IMG/VR virus record: IMGVR_UViG_3300025009_000015
Coordinates: 1 to 58,998 of that record
DNA: 58,998 nucleotides
From: a virus
Taxonomy: Duplodnaviria; Caudoviricetes
Reading direction: 5' to 3' (one strand)
Shown one piece after another: positions 47,055-56,075 of the stretch. How positions within the stretch are numbered: position 1 is the first letter of the stretch; each line of letters begins with the position of its first letter. The translations under genes and the position numbers were made by a program. The notes under the pieces were generated by a model that ran no database searches, was not told where the DNA came from, and was given only the letters and a program-made list of their open reading frames with translations.

Positions 47055-48271
47055 GCGTAACCAGCGACGCGGCGGCGACCGCGATCACGAACGCGATCAA
47101 TGCGATGGCCCCGGCCGACGTCCAGAGCCTGCTGAAAGTTATGAAGGCGTGGATGGCTCAAGAGGAGCCGTACTGGGCGGCAGGCGGGGGGTCTCAGCCG
47201 ATCATCATCCGGCCGGACACGATTACACCGGGAACCCGTCACGAAATTGTGGACGGGTGGCTGGGGCTTCGCTATCGCACAGGTTTTTACGAGTCGCGAA
47301 ACATCCTGCTGGCGGACGGTGCCGAGTATGGTTGGAACGTCATCAACAGTGCCAACGTCGCAAGCGCCAACGAGAACACCAGTAATCCCGGGCAGGTGAC
47401 GATCAATCCTACGGGAGGCGCCGCGAAGGACTGGTATCCTGCGACATACACGGCACCGAAGCGCACAAAGCTGTTTCCCTGCAACCAGAAGACTCAGTTT
47501 ATCACAGCTCGACTCGCGACGAACTGCGCGGCGGTGGGTGATGTTTCCGGGATCATGATCCATGGTATTGCAGACACTGGTAAATTCATTCGTTCATTTT
47601 TTCAGCGTTCGGGTGCCAACGTCCTTTGTGGGACGCAAAACAACGCAGGCGTGACGGGGCCGATGCTGACTGTGACTCCTGCGACGGCGGCTAATGGCGT
47701 CTGGTTTCGAATCATGATCGACTCCCGGGGGTACGTGTGGGGGTGGCAGAACGCGACGTTCAGTGCAACCCCACCTATCGGTGGATGGACGCTCGGAGTT
47801 TCGAATCAGGGCACAGGCGGGCTACCAGATATCACAGGCATGTCCGCAGGCTACTACTGCGGCAACAGCGCCGGGGGCACAAACCAACTCCGGGTGCTAT
47901 ACTACGATGACCGAGGCATGGGCACGCCAATTGACGGAGAGACTTACCCGACGTGGGGCGCGGGCTATGATATCGCGTCCACGGCTATTCAGATTCTCGA
48001 CGTTGACGATGCAGGCGCATCGTCGAACACGGAAATCAAAGCACTGTTTACCGGGCTGGCGGCCAAGGCGGGAAGCACAGCAACTCTCCAAGTAAGCGGA
48101 AAGCGTTCCGGTGGCGCCGGTTCGGCGTTCGTCACTTGGTCGACTCCGGCAGCATGGGCGGGCGTAGACGGCGCAGGTGATTGGCTCCGTTTGGGGCTCC
48201 GGTGGGTGTCAGACGGGACGCAGCCGGGCAACGTGTTTCTCGGGTCGGGCGTGACTCTGCGGACATCATAG
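47051..48271 (+). CDS. Putative tail fibre/receptor-binding protein
   Basis: G/T/A/W-rich beta protein in the baseplate cluster; different codon usage. Confidence 0.5.
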   Translation: MSVTSDAAATAITNAINAMAPADVQSLLKVMKAWMAQEEPYWAAGGGSQPIIIRPDTITPGTRHEIVDGWLGLRYRTGFYESRNILLADGAEYGWNVINSANVASANENTSNPGQVTINPTGGAAKDWYPATYTAPKRTKLFPCNQKTQFITARLATNCAAVGDVSGIMIHGIADTGKFIRSFFQRSGANVLCGTQNNAGVTGPMLTVTPATAANGVWFRIMIDSRGYVWGWQNATFSATPPIGGWTLGVSNQGTGGLPDITGMSAGYYCGNSAGGTNQLRVLYYDDRGMGTPIDGETYPTWGAGYDIASTAIQILDVDDAGASSNTEIKALFTGLAAKAGSTATLQVSGKRSGGAGSAFVTWSTPAAWAGVDGAGDWLRLGLRWVSDGTQPGNVFLGSGVTLRTS

Positions 48272-48280
48272 GAGATCACA

Positions 48281-48646
48281 GTGGCGCTACAGCTCACATC
48301 GACAGGGGACCTCCAGCGGACGCTCGGGACGTTCGTCAGACTGGACGAGGTCTCGGACAGGGACGAGTGCATCGGGCAGCGGATATCTATTCGTCTCAGG
48401 AGGTGGCTCGGGGAGTGGGACTACGACACCAGGCTGGGTATGCCTTGGAGCACACTGCTCACGAAGGGCACAACGGAGGGGCAGCTCAGGGCCGCGATCG
48501 TGCGGGAGGTGACCAGGGTGCCTGGGGTGCGCGCGGTCGCGTCCCTGACGACGTCGGTCGTCAACCGGGCTGTGACTGTGACGGGGAGGGTGTCTGTGGT
48601 CGGGAGCTCGGAGCTGGTTACGTTCGGGGCGCAGGTGGAGATCTGA
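48281..48646 (+). CDS. Baseplate wedge (gp25/gp46-like)
   Basis: QRISIRLRRWLGEW..DTRLGMPW, VPGVRAV. Confidence 0.8.
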   Translation: MALQLTSTGDLQRTLGTFVRLDEVSDRDECIGQRISIRLRRWLGEWDYDTRLGMPWSTLLTKGTTEGQLRAAIVREVTRVPGVRAVASLTTSVVNRAVTVTGRVSVVGSSELVTFGAQVEI

Positions 48647-48649
48647 CAC

Positions 48650-50056
48650 CTATTTATGGAGCACCACGTAAACGGTGTTGATCCGCGTCCCGGACGACGC
48701 GAACGACTCCATGGGGAGATCCCGGAACGGAGACCCGTAGCAGTCGCTGTGCTTCTTCGCCCACGCACGGAAAGTGTCGTGCGCCTTGCTCTCCCCGAAC
48801 TCGACGGTGGCGGGGAGGATGGCGACCAGCTTCCCCCCGGGGCGCAGGAACTCGAACCCCAGCAGAACGTGTTGCATGTAGAGAGTCCCGTGGAACGGGG
48901 GGTTCATGACGACGTGGGAGTACGCGGGGACGGGAATCATTCGCAGGAAGTTAGCGTGTAGGACGGTCAGTCGCTTGTGCGCGCGAGACAGCTCTTGCAG
49001 CACCAGGACCCTCCCCGCGTCTACCTCCACGGCGTCGACTCCCGCCCCCGTCTTGAGCAGGTGGCGGACGATGTTCCCCGTACCTGCTGACGGTTCGAGT
49101 ACCCGACTCCCCTCGTTGATGTACAGGTCAGACAACAACTTTTCGACCACTGCTTCGGGCGTCGGGTAGAACCCCAGGTCTTTGCAGAGTACCGTAGAGC
49201 GCTCTCGGATGTCCTTGTCTGTCACGTCCGCCGGGACGCCGTCCGGAAGCACCTCCCCGTAATAGTCTGCGAGCACACCGTTCGCTTTCCCGACCAGGTC
49301 GTCTCGGGTGAACCAGAGATGCGCGTTCCCGTTCATGTACGTGCGGATCCGGAAATACTCCGACTCTGTGCAGGACTGCCGGGGGTTGAGGTTCCGTCCG
49401 CGCCCCTCGTCGATGGCGTTGATCAGCCCGCGGGGGTCGGGCTTGTTCCCGTCCAGGACGGCGAACACCCGCTCGACGTCGCAGATCGTGTCCCTCATGC
49501 TGTAGTGGCCCCAGTTCCCCCGCTCGTTGAAGACGTTGGTCAAGATGATTCTCGCCCCGATCTTGAAGGCGTCGTGGCTCCGGAACCTCCTGTCCAAGTC
49601 GATGAAAGCACGGGCCAGCCCTCGCTGAAAGATCAGGTAGGCGTCCTTCCGCAGGCCATCGAACGTCGCGTAGATCGTGTCCTCCGACACCTCCGGTACG
49701 TCGTTGCAGAGCTGATCGTACAGCTCATCTTTGGCGGTCCTGTCCATCATGTGCTCCATGCCGGTCAGGCACAGGAGGTTCATCCACACCCTGGCGTCGA
49801 CCTGCTGGCGGTACGCCTCGAAGCTCTTCTCTGGGTCGATCCCTTCGAAGAGCCTCTTGTACGCCTCCGACCTGCTGCGGTCGGACAGCGTGAACGTCGC
49901 CGCCCCGTGAGCCTGCTGCGCGTGCCGGTAGGACTGCTCGGCCAAGGCTTGGCCCTGTACCATGGCTGCCACGGCATCGCGCATCATGGTCATGGCTGCG
50001 TCCCGGTGAGCGCACACCTCGGTCACGGTCGTTCGGGGGATAAGGGCTGTCTCCAT
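48650..50056 (-). CDS. DUF4942 plus N6-adenine-type methyltransferase
   Basis: FYPTP, LEPSAGTG, MNPPF, FASSGTRINT; N-terminal FQRG..., NGNAHLWF. Confidence 0.85.
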   Translation of the reverse strand: METALIPRTTVTEVCAHRDAAMTMMRDAVAAMVQGQALAEQSYRHAQQAHGAATFTLSDRSRSEAYKRLFEGIDPEKSFEAYRQQVDARVWMNLLCLTGMEHMMDRTAKDELYDQLCNDVPEVSEDTIYATFDGLRKDAYLIFQRGLARAFIDLDRRFRSHDAFKIGARIILTNVFNERGNWGHYSMRDTICDVERVFAVLDGNKPDPRGLINAIDEGRGRNLNPRQSCTESEYFRIRTYMNGNAHLWFTRDDLVGKANGVLADYYGEVLPDGVPADVTDKDIRERSTVLCKDLGFYPTPEAVVEKLLSDLYINEGSRVLEPSAGTGNIVRHLLKTGAGVDAVEVDAGRVLVLQELSRAHKRLTVLHANFLRMIPVPAYSHVVMNPPFHGTLYMQHVLLGFEFLRPGGKLVAILPATVEFGESKAHDTFRAWAKKHSDCYGSPFRDLPMESFASSGTRINTVYVVLHK

Positions 50057-50091
50057 ATATTGCCTCCAAGGGTTAAGAAAAACCTGTATCT

Positions 50092-50165
50092 ACTATAATC
50101 AACCCGCACGGAAAGATCAACATAATAATTCACAGCTCGGAAAATCTCAGCAGGTAGACTACACT
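50092..50165. promoter_or_regulatory. Divergent promoter unit
   Basis: Minus: box-TTGATC-N17-TATAGT; plus: TACACT at 50160. Confidence 0.8.
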
Positions 50166-50218
50166 GCGACCAGGAGCGAAATCACTCTAGATTCCGAACA
50201 GATTTAGGGGGACTACTC

Positions 50219-50695
50219 ATGTCAGTGCTCCGTATCGTCGGTATCGGCCAATTAGGACACCTAATCCCGGGTACGATCGCGAATACATCCGAGGGGGGTC
50301 TCGTGATCCTGGTCCACAAACTACCAGGCAGCATCACACGACGGGGGCTGGTCTGCCGGGCGTCCACCAACATACCTCTGTCGTGGGAGATATCTCAGGC
50401 CTCAGAGAGATCGATGCTTGGTGTGATTTATGAGGACGACGAGAATCCAGACCTGACGTGGATAGTGATTTCCGGTATCGCTCAGGTACTCCTGCAGGAT
50501 GGGACGGCTGCAGCGCCAGGAAATTGGGTGAAAACATCCGACTCACAGCCTGGTCACGCAAACGCTACGACAGTCACCCCTCCAGACGGGACGATGCCAA
50601 AAATCTCTGAGCGTTTGCGGGAGCTCGGGTACTGCCTCGAGAGTAAAACCGCAGGGATAGATGTGTTGTGCTCCTGTCTCGTGAGCGCACATTAG
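50219..50695 (+). CDS. Cement-like (DUF2190-like) protein
   Basis: LGVIYE, WIVISGIAQVL, GNWV, LGYCLES. Confidence 0.5.
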   Translation: MSVLRIVGIGQLGHLIPGTIANTSEGGLVILVHKLPGSITRRGLVCRASTNIPLSWEISQASERSMLGVIYEDDENPDLTWIVISGIAQVLLQDGTAAAPGNWVKTSDSQPGHANATTVTPPDGTMPKISERLRELGYCLESKTAGIDVLCSCLVSAH

Positions 50696-50707
50696 AGAGG
50701 ATTTTCT

Positions 50708-51910
50708 GTGGGTACACTGACGACGACAGGGTATGCGAAAGCGTCCGCAGCGGACTGGTTGACGGCGCTCCGGGCAGACTGGATCTCCGAGTTCGGGGTG
50801 GGGACGGATGTCTCAGACGACTCCCCGGACGGGGTGCTCCTCCGGATTTTCGCTCAGTACCTGGCCGAGCAGGACGAGGCGATCGAGGCCGTCTACCAAG
50901 CCATCGACCCCGACTCCGCCGCGGGGGTCGCGCTCGAGAATGTCTGCTCGCTACTAGGGCTCTCCCGGAACGCGGCGACGTATTCCACTATCTCCTCCCC
51001 GGGCGTCACGCTCTCAGGCGTCGCCGGGACGAACGTCGCAGGGGGGACGCGGTTCTCGGTCAGCGCGACAGGGGTCCAGTTCAGCCTCGACGCCCTAGCA
51101 GTCATCGGTGGAGGCGGGACCGTGACCTGCGGGGTTACTGCTGTCTTGACCGGCCCAGGCGCCGCGGGGGTCGGAGCGCTCGACACGATCGACACTCCTG
51201 TCGCCGGCCTGACCGGGGTGACGAACACGGTCGCCGCGGTGCTCGGGACGGACCAGGAGTCTGACGAGGGGTTCCGCTCGAGGCGGGAGGCCTCCCTGTC
51301 CGCGACGGGGCGCGGGACGGTCGATTCCCTCTACGCTCGCCTGGCGGACCTTGACGGGGTGACGTCGGTAAAAGTGATCGAGAACTCGACAGACGGGGTG
51401 GTCGCGGGGCAGGACGCCCACTCCGTCCAATGCGTCGTCTACGGCGGGACGGCTCAAGATATCGTGGACGAGATCTGGTTGTCAAAGCCCGCGGGGATCG
51501 CGACGTACGGGACCAGCTCGGGCACAGCGGTCGACGCGGCGGGGGACAACCACACGGTTGAGTACACCGTCCCCGCGCTCGTCACCGTCCACATCCGGAC
51601 CACCATCACGACCGACTCGACGTACCCGATCGACGGAGACGCCCAGGTGAAGCAGCAGATCCTGCTGGCTCTGGCCCAAGGGCTGACCGAGCTCGAGGTG
51701 CTTCAGGGGACTGTGACGACGGGGCAGGGGTTGGTCGGGGAGGATGTGATCAGCGGGAAGATCGTCAAGGCGATCTACACTGTGCAGGGGGTCCTGACGC
51801 ACACCGGGCCGCTCGTCGACACGGTAGACCCCCCGGTCGCGACCGGGAACCTCTCGATGAGTGACGCCCAAGTCGCGAGTTACGCGATCGCGAACATGGA
51901 CGTACTCTAA
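50708..51910 (+). CDS. Baseplate J/gp47 protein
   Basis: SPDG, DPDSAAGVAL, GTDQESDEGFRSRR, HSVQCVVYGG, KPAGIATYG. Confidence 0.9.
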   Translation: MGTLTTTGYAKASAADWLTALRADWISEFGVGTDVSDDSPDGVLLRIFAQYLAEQDEAIEAVYQAIDPDSAAGVALENVCSLLGLSRNAATYSTISSPGVTLSGVAGTNVAGGTRFSVSATGVQFSLDALAVIGGGGTVTCGVTAVLTGPGAAGVGALDTIDTPVAGLTGVTNTVAAVLGTDQESDEGFRSRREASLSATGRGTVDSLYARLADLDGVTSVKVIENSTDGVVAGQDAHSVQCVVYGGTAQDIVDEIWLSKPAGIATYGTSSGTAVDAAGDNHTVEYTVPALVTVHIRTTITTDSTYPIDGDAQVKQQILLALAQGLTELEVLQGTVTTGQGLVGEDVISGKIVKAIYTVQGVLTHTGPLVDTVDPPVATGNLSMSDAQVASYAIANMDVL

Positions 51911-52110
51911 ATCCATTCGACCCTGAAGCCGCCAGTGGCCAAAGGAAATGCGTACCCGAGCACCTGAGCGCCAACAGGCAGCTCCGACTCGTGCTCGACG
52001 CTACCACTACCTGGTCGAGAAAAGTCCACATGCTGCGACCAGAGAATCGAACGACGAGTCGTGAAAGGTTCGTAACGCTCTTCGTCTTTAAGGTTCATTT
52101 TTTCAATCAT
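51907..52110 (-). CDS. Small hypothetical protein
   Basis: Single-gene cassette behind a boxed promoter; RBS GGAG. Confidence 0.6.
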   Translation of the reverse strand: MIEKMNLKDEERYEPFTTRRSILWSQHVDFSRPGSGSVEHESELPVGAQVLGYAFPLATGGFRVEWI

Positions 52111-52118
52111 GGTCGTTC

Positions 52119-52264
52119 TCTCCAAGTTCGTGTTTCTCAATCTCAATCTCAATCTGTATCTACTATAAGCTATCCACGATTCAGAGTCAAGAAAATAATT
52201 CACAAAACCTAAAAATAATTCACAGCTCGAAAAAATCTCCCGGGTAGTCTACAGTACAGCCATG
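52119..52264. promoter_or_regulatory. Divergent promoter unit with doubled box (repeat of 46210-46355)
   Basis: Minus TTGACT-N17-TATAGT; two boxes; plus TACAGT-N6-ATG. Confidence 0.8.
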
Positions 52265-52885
52265 AGCGAAATATCCCAAATCACGGACTACGAGTCCAGG
52301 TTAGTCGCGCTCCTGCTCGGGCAGTTCCGGGACGGGGCTAACTGGCTGAAGATGTTCAACGCCCTGGCGGAGAGTGGCCGCGCGCTCCAGGACCAGGAAG
52401 ACGTCCTGTACCTCCTCTGGCAGCAGCGGTCCCAGCTCGCGCTCGCGGTCGGCTGGCAGCTCGACCAGTGGGGCGCGGTCGTCGGCCTCCCCCGGAACGG
52501 TCTCGGGGACAACGACTACCGGACCAGGATCGGCGTATGGCTCCAGGTACTCAGGAGCAAAGGCACTCCGGACGAGCTCCTAAGCATCGTGAACGGTCTG
52601 GTGAACGGAGTTATCGGGAACCAGTCGCTCTGGGAGTCCCCCCCGGCGTGCTTCTCGATCCAGGTCGTCTCGAACGTCCACTGGCTCGCGAGTCCGGAGG
52701 CCGCGCTAAACGTCGCGACGTGCGTCGCACGCGCGAAGCCTGCCGGGGTCCAGATCGGGCAGATCATCGACCTGGTGTTGACCGCGTTCACGTTCGGGGC
52801 CGGGGGGGCGAACGGGTTTTCTGAGGAGGGCGGCGCGACGCGGGGGCTCCTCTGCGTCGACCTCGCGGCTGAGATCGGAGAATAA
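52262..52885 (+). CDS. Baseplate wedge protein (DUF2612-like)
   Basis: LLGQFR, AVGWQLDQWGAVVG, DNDYRTRI, KPAGV. Confidence 0.85.
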   Translation: MSEISQITDYESRLVALLLGQFRDGANWLKMFNALAESGRALQDQEDVLYLLWQQRSQLALAVGWQLDQWGAVVGLPRNGLGDNDYRTRIGVWLQVLRSKGTPDELLSIVNGLVNGVIGNQSLWESPPACFSIQVVSNVHWLASPEAALNVATCVARAKPAGVQIGQIIDLVLTAFTFGAGGANGFSEEGGATRGLLCVDLAAEIGE

Positions 52886-52889
52886 TTCA

Positions 52890-53106
52890 TTGCTCGCACT
52901 GTAAGCAATTAATTCACTTGAATAATTCACTTGAAAAGATCGACAAACTTCCTGAATGAGTTAAGTCGATCAAGAATCGGGACCCCCGAAAACGCGCCAC
53001 AGCTCGCCGGTGACACGATCGACGGGTGGTCAATAGCAAAGCTCATCTTTTCAGAAAATCGATTCTAAGGGCTCTAATAGCTCGCAGGCGACGTCGAATT
53101 TTGAGG
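52890..53106. repeat. Dispersed non-coding repeat, copy C
   Basis: High similarity to copies A and B. Confidence 0.9.
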
Positions 53107-53112
53107 TAAAAC

Positions 53113-53973
53113 GTGAGCGTAACAGCACTGACAAGAGCACTCTGGCACAGCGTCACGGACGCGATTTGGGCGGACTCCGCCGCGGCGGGGGACGTCGAGT
53201 CCGTCCCCGCGGACGGTGAGATCATCGCCGGTCACCTGAACAACACCGGGCTGACCAGCGGGAGGGCGAACTACCTCCACGCGTTCCTGGCTGAGCTGGG
53301 CCAGAAGTTTCGGGACGTCGTCTACCCGCAGCACACGGACGCGGGAGCTCATTTCGAGGTCCAGTGCACGGGGGACCAGAACGACGTCAAGCTGGACGTC
53401 CAGTACCACAACCTCGACACCGACCCCGTGGTTGGTTTCCAGATCACCCACAATCTGAGCCTGTGGCTGACGCATCAGTTCGACGGTCACCTCCGCAACT
53501 ACGAGGGGTGCTACCTCCGGGAGGGGACAATCCATCTCGGTGCGAACGACTTCCGGCCGGTTCGAGAGTCTACCGACTATCCGAACCTCACGAGCGACGC
53601 CCTGGGTTCGTACATCATCGACTCCCCGAACGACTCGGTGGACTACTACGCGATTAGTCGGAGCCTGAACGAGCTACAGTACGGGACCAGGATCACCCTC
53701 CTGACGATGACAGGAAACCGCCCGACCGCAGGGGGGCAGGTGATGACGCTCGAGCTCCTCAGTCGAACGCCAGACCAGGTCGGAGCGACGACCGAAGCGT
53801 CATTTGTACTCGGGGCAGGCACGGGGGAGATCAGCACCGGGAGTGGCGCCTTGACGGAAACACTCGTTTCCTCGAGGCTTTACTATCTCCGCGTAACGAT
53901 GAATAACAATACCCCAGGTGGAGGGAACACACTGCAATTCCGAGGAGTCATGGTCACGTTCGATTGCCCGTAG
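53113..53973 (+). CDS. Putative tail fibre protein
   Basis: After the baseplate genes; N-terminal WA..A..P...G..NYL fibre-anchor-like motif. Confidence 0.55.
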   Translation: MSVTALTRALWHSVTDAIWADSAAAGDVESVPADGEIIAGHLNNTGLTSGRANYLHAFLAELGQKFRDVVYPQHTDAGAHFEVQCTGDQNDVKLDVQYHNLDTDPVVGFQITHNLSLWLTHQFDGHLRNYEGCYLREGTIHLGANDFRPVRESTDYPNLTSDALGSYIIDSPNDSVDYYAISRSLNELQYGTRITLLTMTGNRPTAGGQVMTLELLSRTPDQVGATTEASFVLGAGTGEISTGSGALTETLVSSRLYYLRVTMNNNTPGGGNTLQFRGVMVTFDCP

Positions 53974-53985
53974 GAGATTTTATCG

Positions 53986-54393
53986 ATGAGGTACATCTAC
54001 CTGTTGTGTCTGGTGTTGCTTTCGTGTGGTCCCGTTCTCCCTGAATGTCCAGAGGATACACCAGAGGCCACTCCTGATGTCACCCCGACACCTACACCAG
54101 AGCCTTACATTCAGCGCTCTGTGTCCGTGTCCGTGTCCCCCTCCGGAAACTTGACCGTCGAAGGGGATGCCTCCCTGGTCCGAGACGTAGACGCGGATCT
54201 GTGCCTCTGGGTCGGTGACTTTGAGATCCTGTACTGTGGGTACTCCTGCGACCTGGGGATGCCTGCCGATCCTGTCGTCGGGGAGTGGTATTCGTTTTCG
54301 GTGATGTACGGATGGGCGACACTGTGCGACTGGTCCAGCGTCGTCCTGACTTTTTGCGCAATCGGTCCGGAGTGGGACACCTGCACACTATAG
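53986..54393 (+). CDS. Cys-rich lipoprotein
   Basis: MRYIYLLCLVLLS-C lipobox; TPTP linker. Confidence 0.65.
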   Translation: MRYIYLLCLVLLSCGPVLPECPEDTPEATPDVTPTPTPEPYIQRSVSVSVSPSGNLTVEGDASLVRDVDADLCLWVGDFEILYCGYSCDLGMPADPVVGEWYSFSVMYGWATLCDWSSVVLTFCAIGPEWDTCTL

Positions 54394-54401
54394 GAGAGGT
54401 C

Positions 54402-54860
54402 GTGGATGAACTGGAAAAAATCGCTGCAATCGTCGGGAAGTACGGATTCGCTCCCCTGCTCGGGTGCGCCCTGCTCGTGCTCGTGGTCAGAATCACGAAA
54501 CCCGAGATATTTTGCCCCGCCGTTGCACGCGTGTACGCAGACCTCTGCCGAGCGGTCGGGGTCTGGTGGGAGTCCCACCGTGAGTACGTCGCAGCGAAAA
54601 GGGACCGGGACAGGGCGCTCGAGGCTTCAGCTCGTTCGCTCGAGGTTGCCTGGTCGATTGCCGACCCACGGGGCTCTCGGTCGATCGATCGTCTCGTCTA
54701 TGGGGCTCCCCCCGACGGAGGCGATCCTCGCACTACGGGCCAGCGTCAAGCTCTGGAGGCGTCGCCGGGAATCGTGGGGCAGGGCGGGGGCGGTGTTCCT
54801 GGCGCTCCTCCTGGCGGCGACCCTGGTGCTGGTAGTCACACTGAGACCACAACAAAATAG
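54402..54860 (+). CDS. Membrane protein (holin candidate)
   Basis: One N-terminal TM segment; GTG start after GGAGAGG. Confidence 0.5.
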   Translation: MDELEKIAAIVGKYGFAPLLGCALLVLVVRITKPEIFCPAVARVYADLCRAVGVWWESHREYVAAKRDRDRALEASARSLEVAWSIADPRGSRSIDRLVYGAPPDGGDPRTTGQRQALEASPGIVGQGGGGVPGAPPGGDPGAGSHTETTTK

Positions 54861-54899
54861 AGTCGGAGAGAACACCACAATAGCTCGAACGGAGATGCA

Positions 54900-55091
54900 A
54901 TGCGGAAGCAGGTGATTTCGTGGATTTTGCTGGTTATTCTGGGAGTGTCGATCGGTTGGGGGGCTGCTCGCTGGACATCCTGGCCGAACTGCCCCCCGAA
55001 TTGTCCCGGCATGTGGCCATGGTGCTGCCAGTTCCCGGGGGAGGGCGTCCCCGTCCGTGAGATCCCTACCCCGACGCCGGGGCTGATATAG
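54900..55091 (+). CDS. Small membrane/secreted Cys-Pro-Trp-rich peptide
   Basis: N-terminal TM, then WPNCPPNCPGMWPWCC. Confidence 0.55.
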   Translation: MRKQVISWILLVILGVSIGWGAARWTSWPNCPPNCPGMWPWCCQFPGEGVPVREIPTPTPGLI

Positions 55092-55094
55092 CGT

Positions 55095-55673
55095 TTATTT
55101 CGGGACCGTGTCGAGCCCCAGCCCCTTGATCGCGGCCTCCCTGCGTGCCGCGTGCTCTTCTCTCCACCCGTCCGCCACCTGCGCTTCCCACGGCTCGAGC
55201 ATGCCCTTCCCCAGGTCCCGGACCAGCTCTTGCGACCGCTCGATCGACGCTCGGATCTCACCCACCATCGACTCCAGGCCACTGCACGCTGCGTCAAGGT
55301 CCGCGATCGCGGACGCGTTCCTCTCACGTATAGTCTCCGCCGGGACGTTCCCAGCCAACTCTCGGAGTGTCTCCATCGCGTCGATCAAATCACGCGCTTC
55401 GGAGATCTCAACCCCCCACCGCTCAGCAAACGAGTAGTCGTTCTCTCCGATAGACACGATCTTCTCGACGACCCTGAGCACGGTCGCGATCGACTCGTCC
55501 CGCTGACGAATCCGCTGGTCGAACACTGCGAACGTTGGATTTTTCGCGCCACAGATCGCGGTCTCGAAGTCCACACGAGGATACTCCTGACTCGCCTGAG
55601 GGTACTCCGAATCGACATCCAGCTGCTCGTTCACACGGATCCCACTGCCTACCTGTTCCAGTTTTTCAGTCAT
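55095..55673 (-). CDS. Hypothetical protein
   Basis: 192 aa; RBS GGAGG. Confidence 0.7.
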   Translation of the reverse strand: MTEKLEQVGSGIRVNEQLDVDSEYPQASQEYPRVDFETAICGAKNPTFAVFDQRIRQRDESIATVLRVVEKIVSIGENDYSFAERWGVEISEARDLIDAMETLRELAGNVPAETIRERNASAIADLDAACSGLESMVGEIRASIERSQELVRDLGKGMLEPWEAQVADGWREEHAARREAAIKGLGLDTVPK

Positions 55674-55711
55674 GATCTCAACCCTCCCCTCCCCCTAGGT
55701 TTTACCAACTG

Positions 55712-55870
55712 CTACCTGCTCCCCGCGACCATCGCCATGCCTCCGAGCAGGGACAGCACCAGGAACCCCCCGGCGACTACGAGCACGCAGGACAGGGCAC
55801 ACAGGAGCCACTGCGACCACCCCCACGGCGGGAGGCTGCGCTCGAGCACGTGGTCAGGGACATCCTCCAT
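55712..55870 (-). CDS. Small membrane protein
   Basis: One TM helix. Confidence 0.45.
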   Translation of the reverse strand: MEDVPDHVLERSLPPWGWSQWLLCALSCVLVVAGGFLVLSLLGGMAMVAGSR

Positions 55871-56075
55871 CCTGCTGGTCAGATCGATTAACTCCCCTGC
55901 AACTTCGTACCCACCCTCTCCAGTCTCGTCTCTCAGGTTCTGCACGACACACCTCCGTTTCGGTTTTCTGATCTGTGGGGATACTCTCCCCGCAGGACTC
56001 ACACGTCAGGTACACCTCCCCCTCGATCACCTCTCGGACCATGTCGTCGTCGCCACATTTCTGGCATTCGATCAT
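55854..56075 (-). CDS. Zn-ribbon protein
   Basis: CQKCG...CESCG. Confidence 0.55.
   Translation of the reverse strand: MIECQKCGDDDMVREVIEGEVYLTCESCGESIPTDQKTETEVCRAEPERRDWRGWVRSCRGVNRSDQQDGGCP

Noticed and set aside
47051-53973. Diversity-generating retroelement or invertible tail-fibre system
   Set aside because: No reverse transcriptase, invertase or TR/VR repeat pair seen
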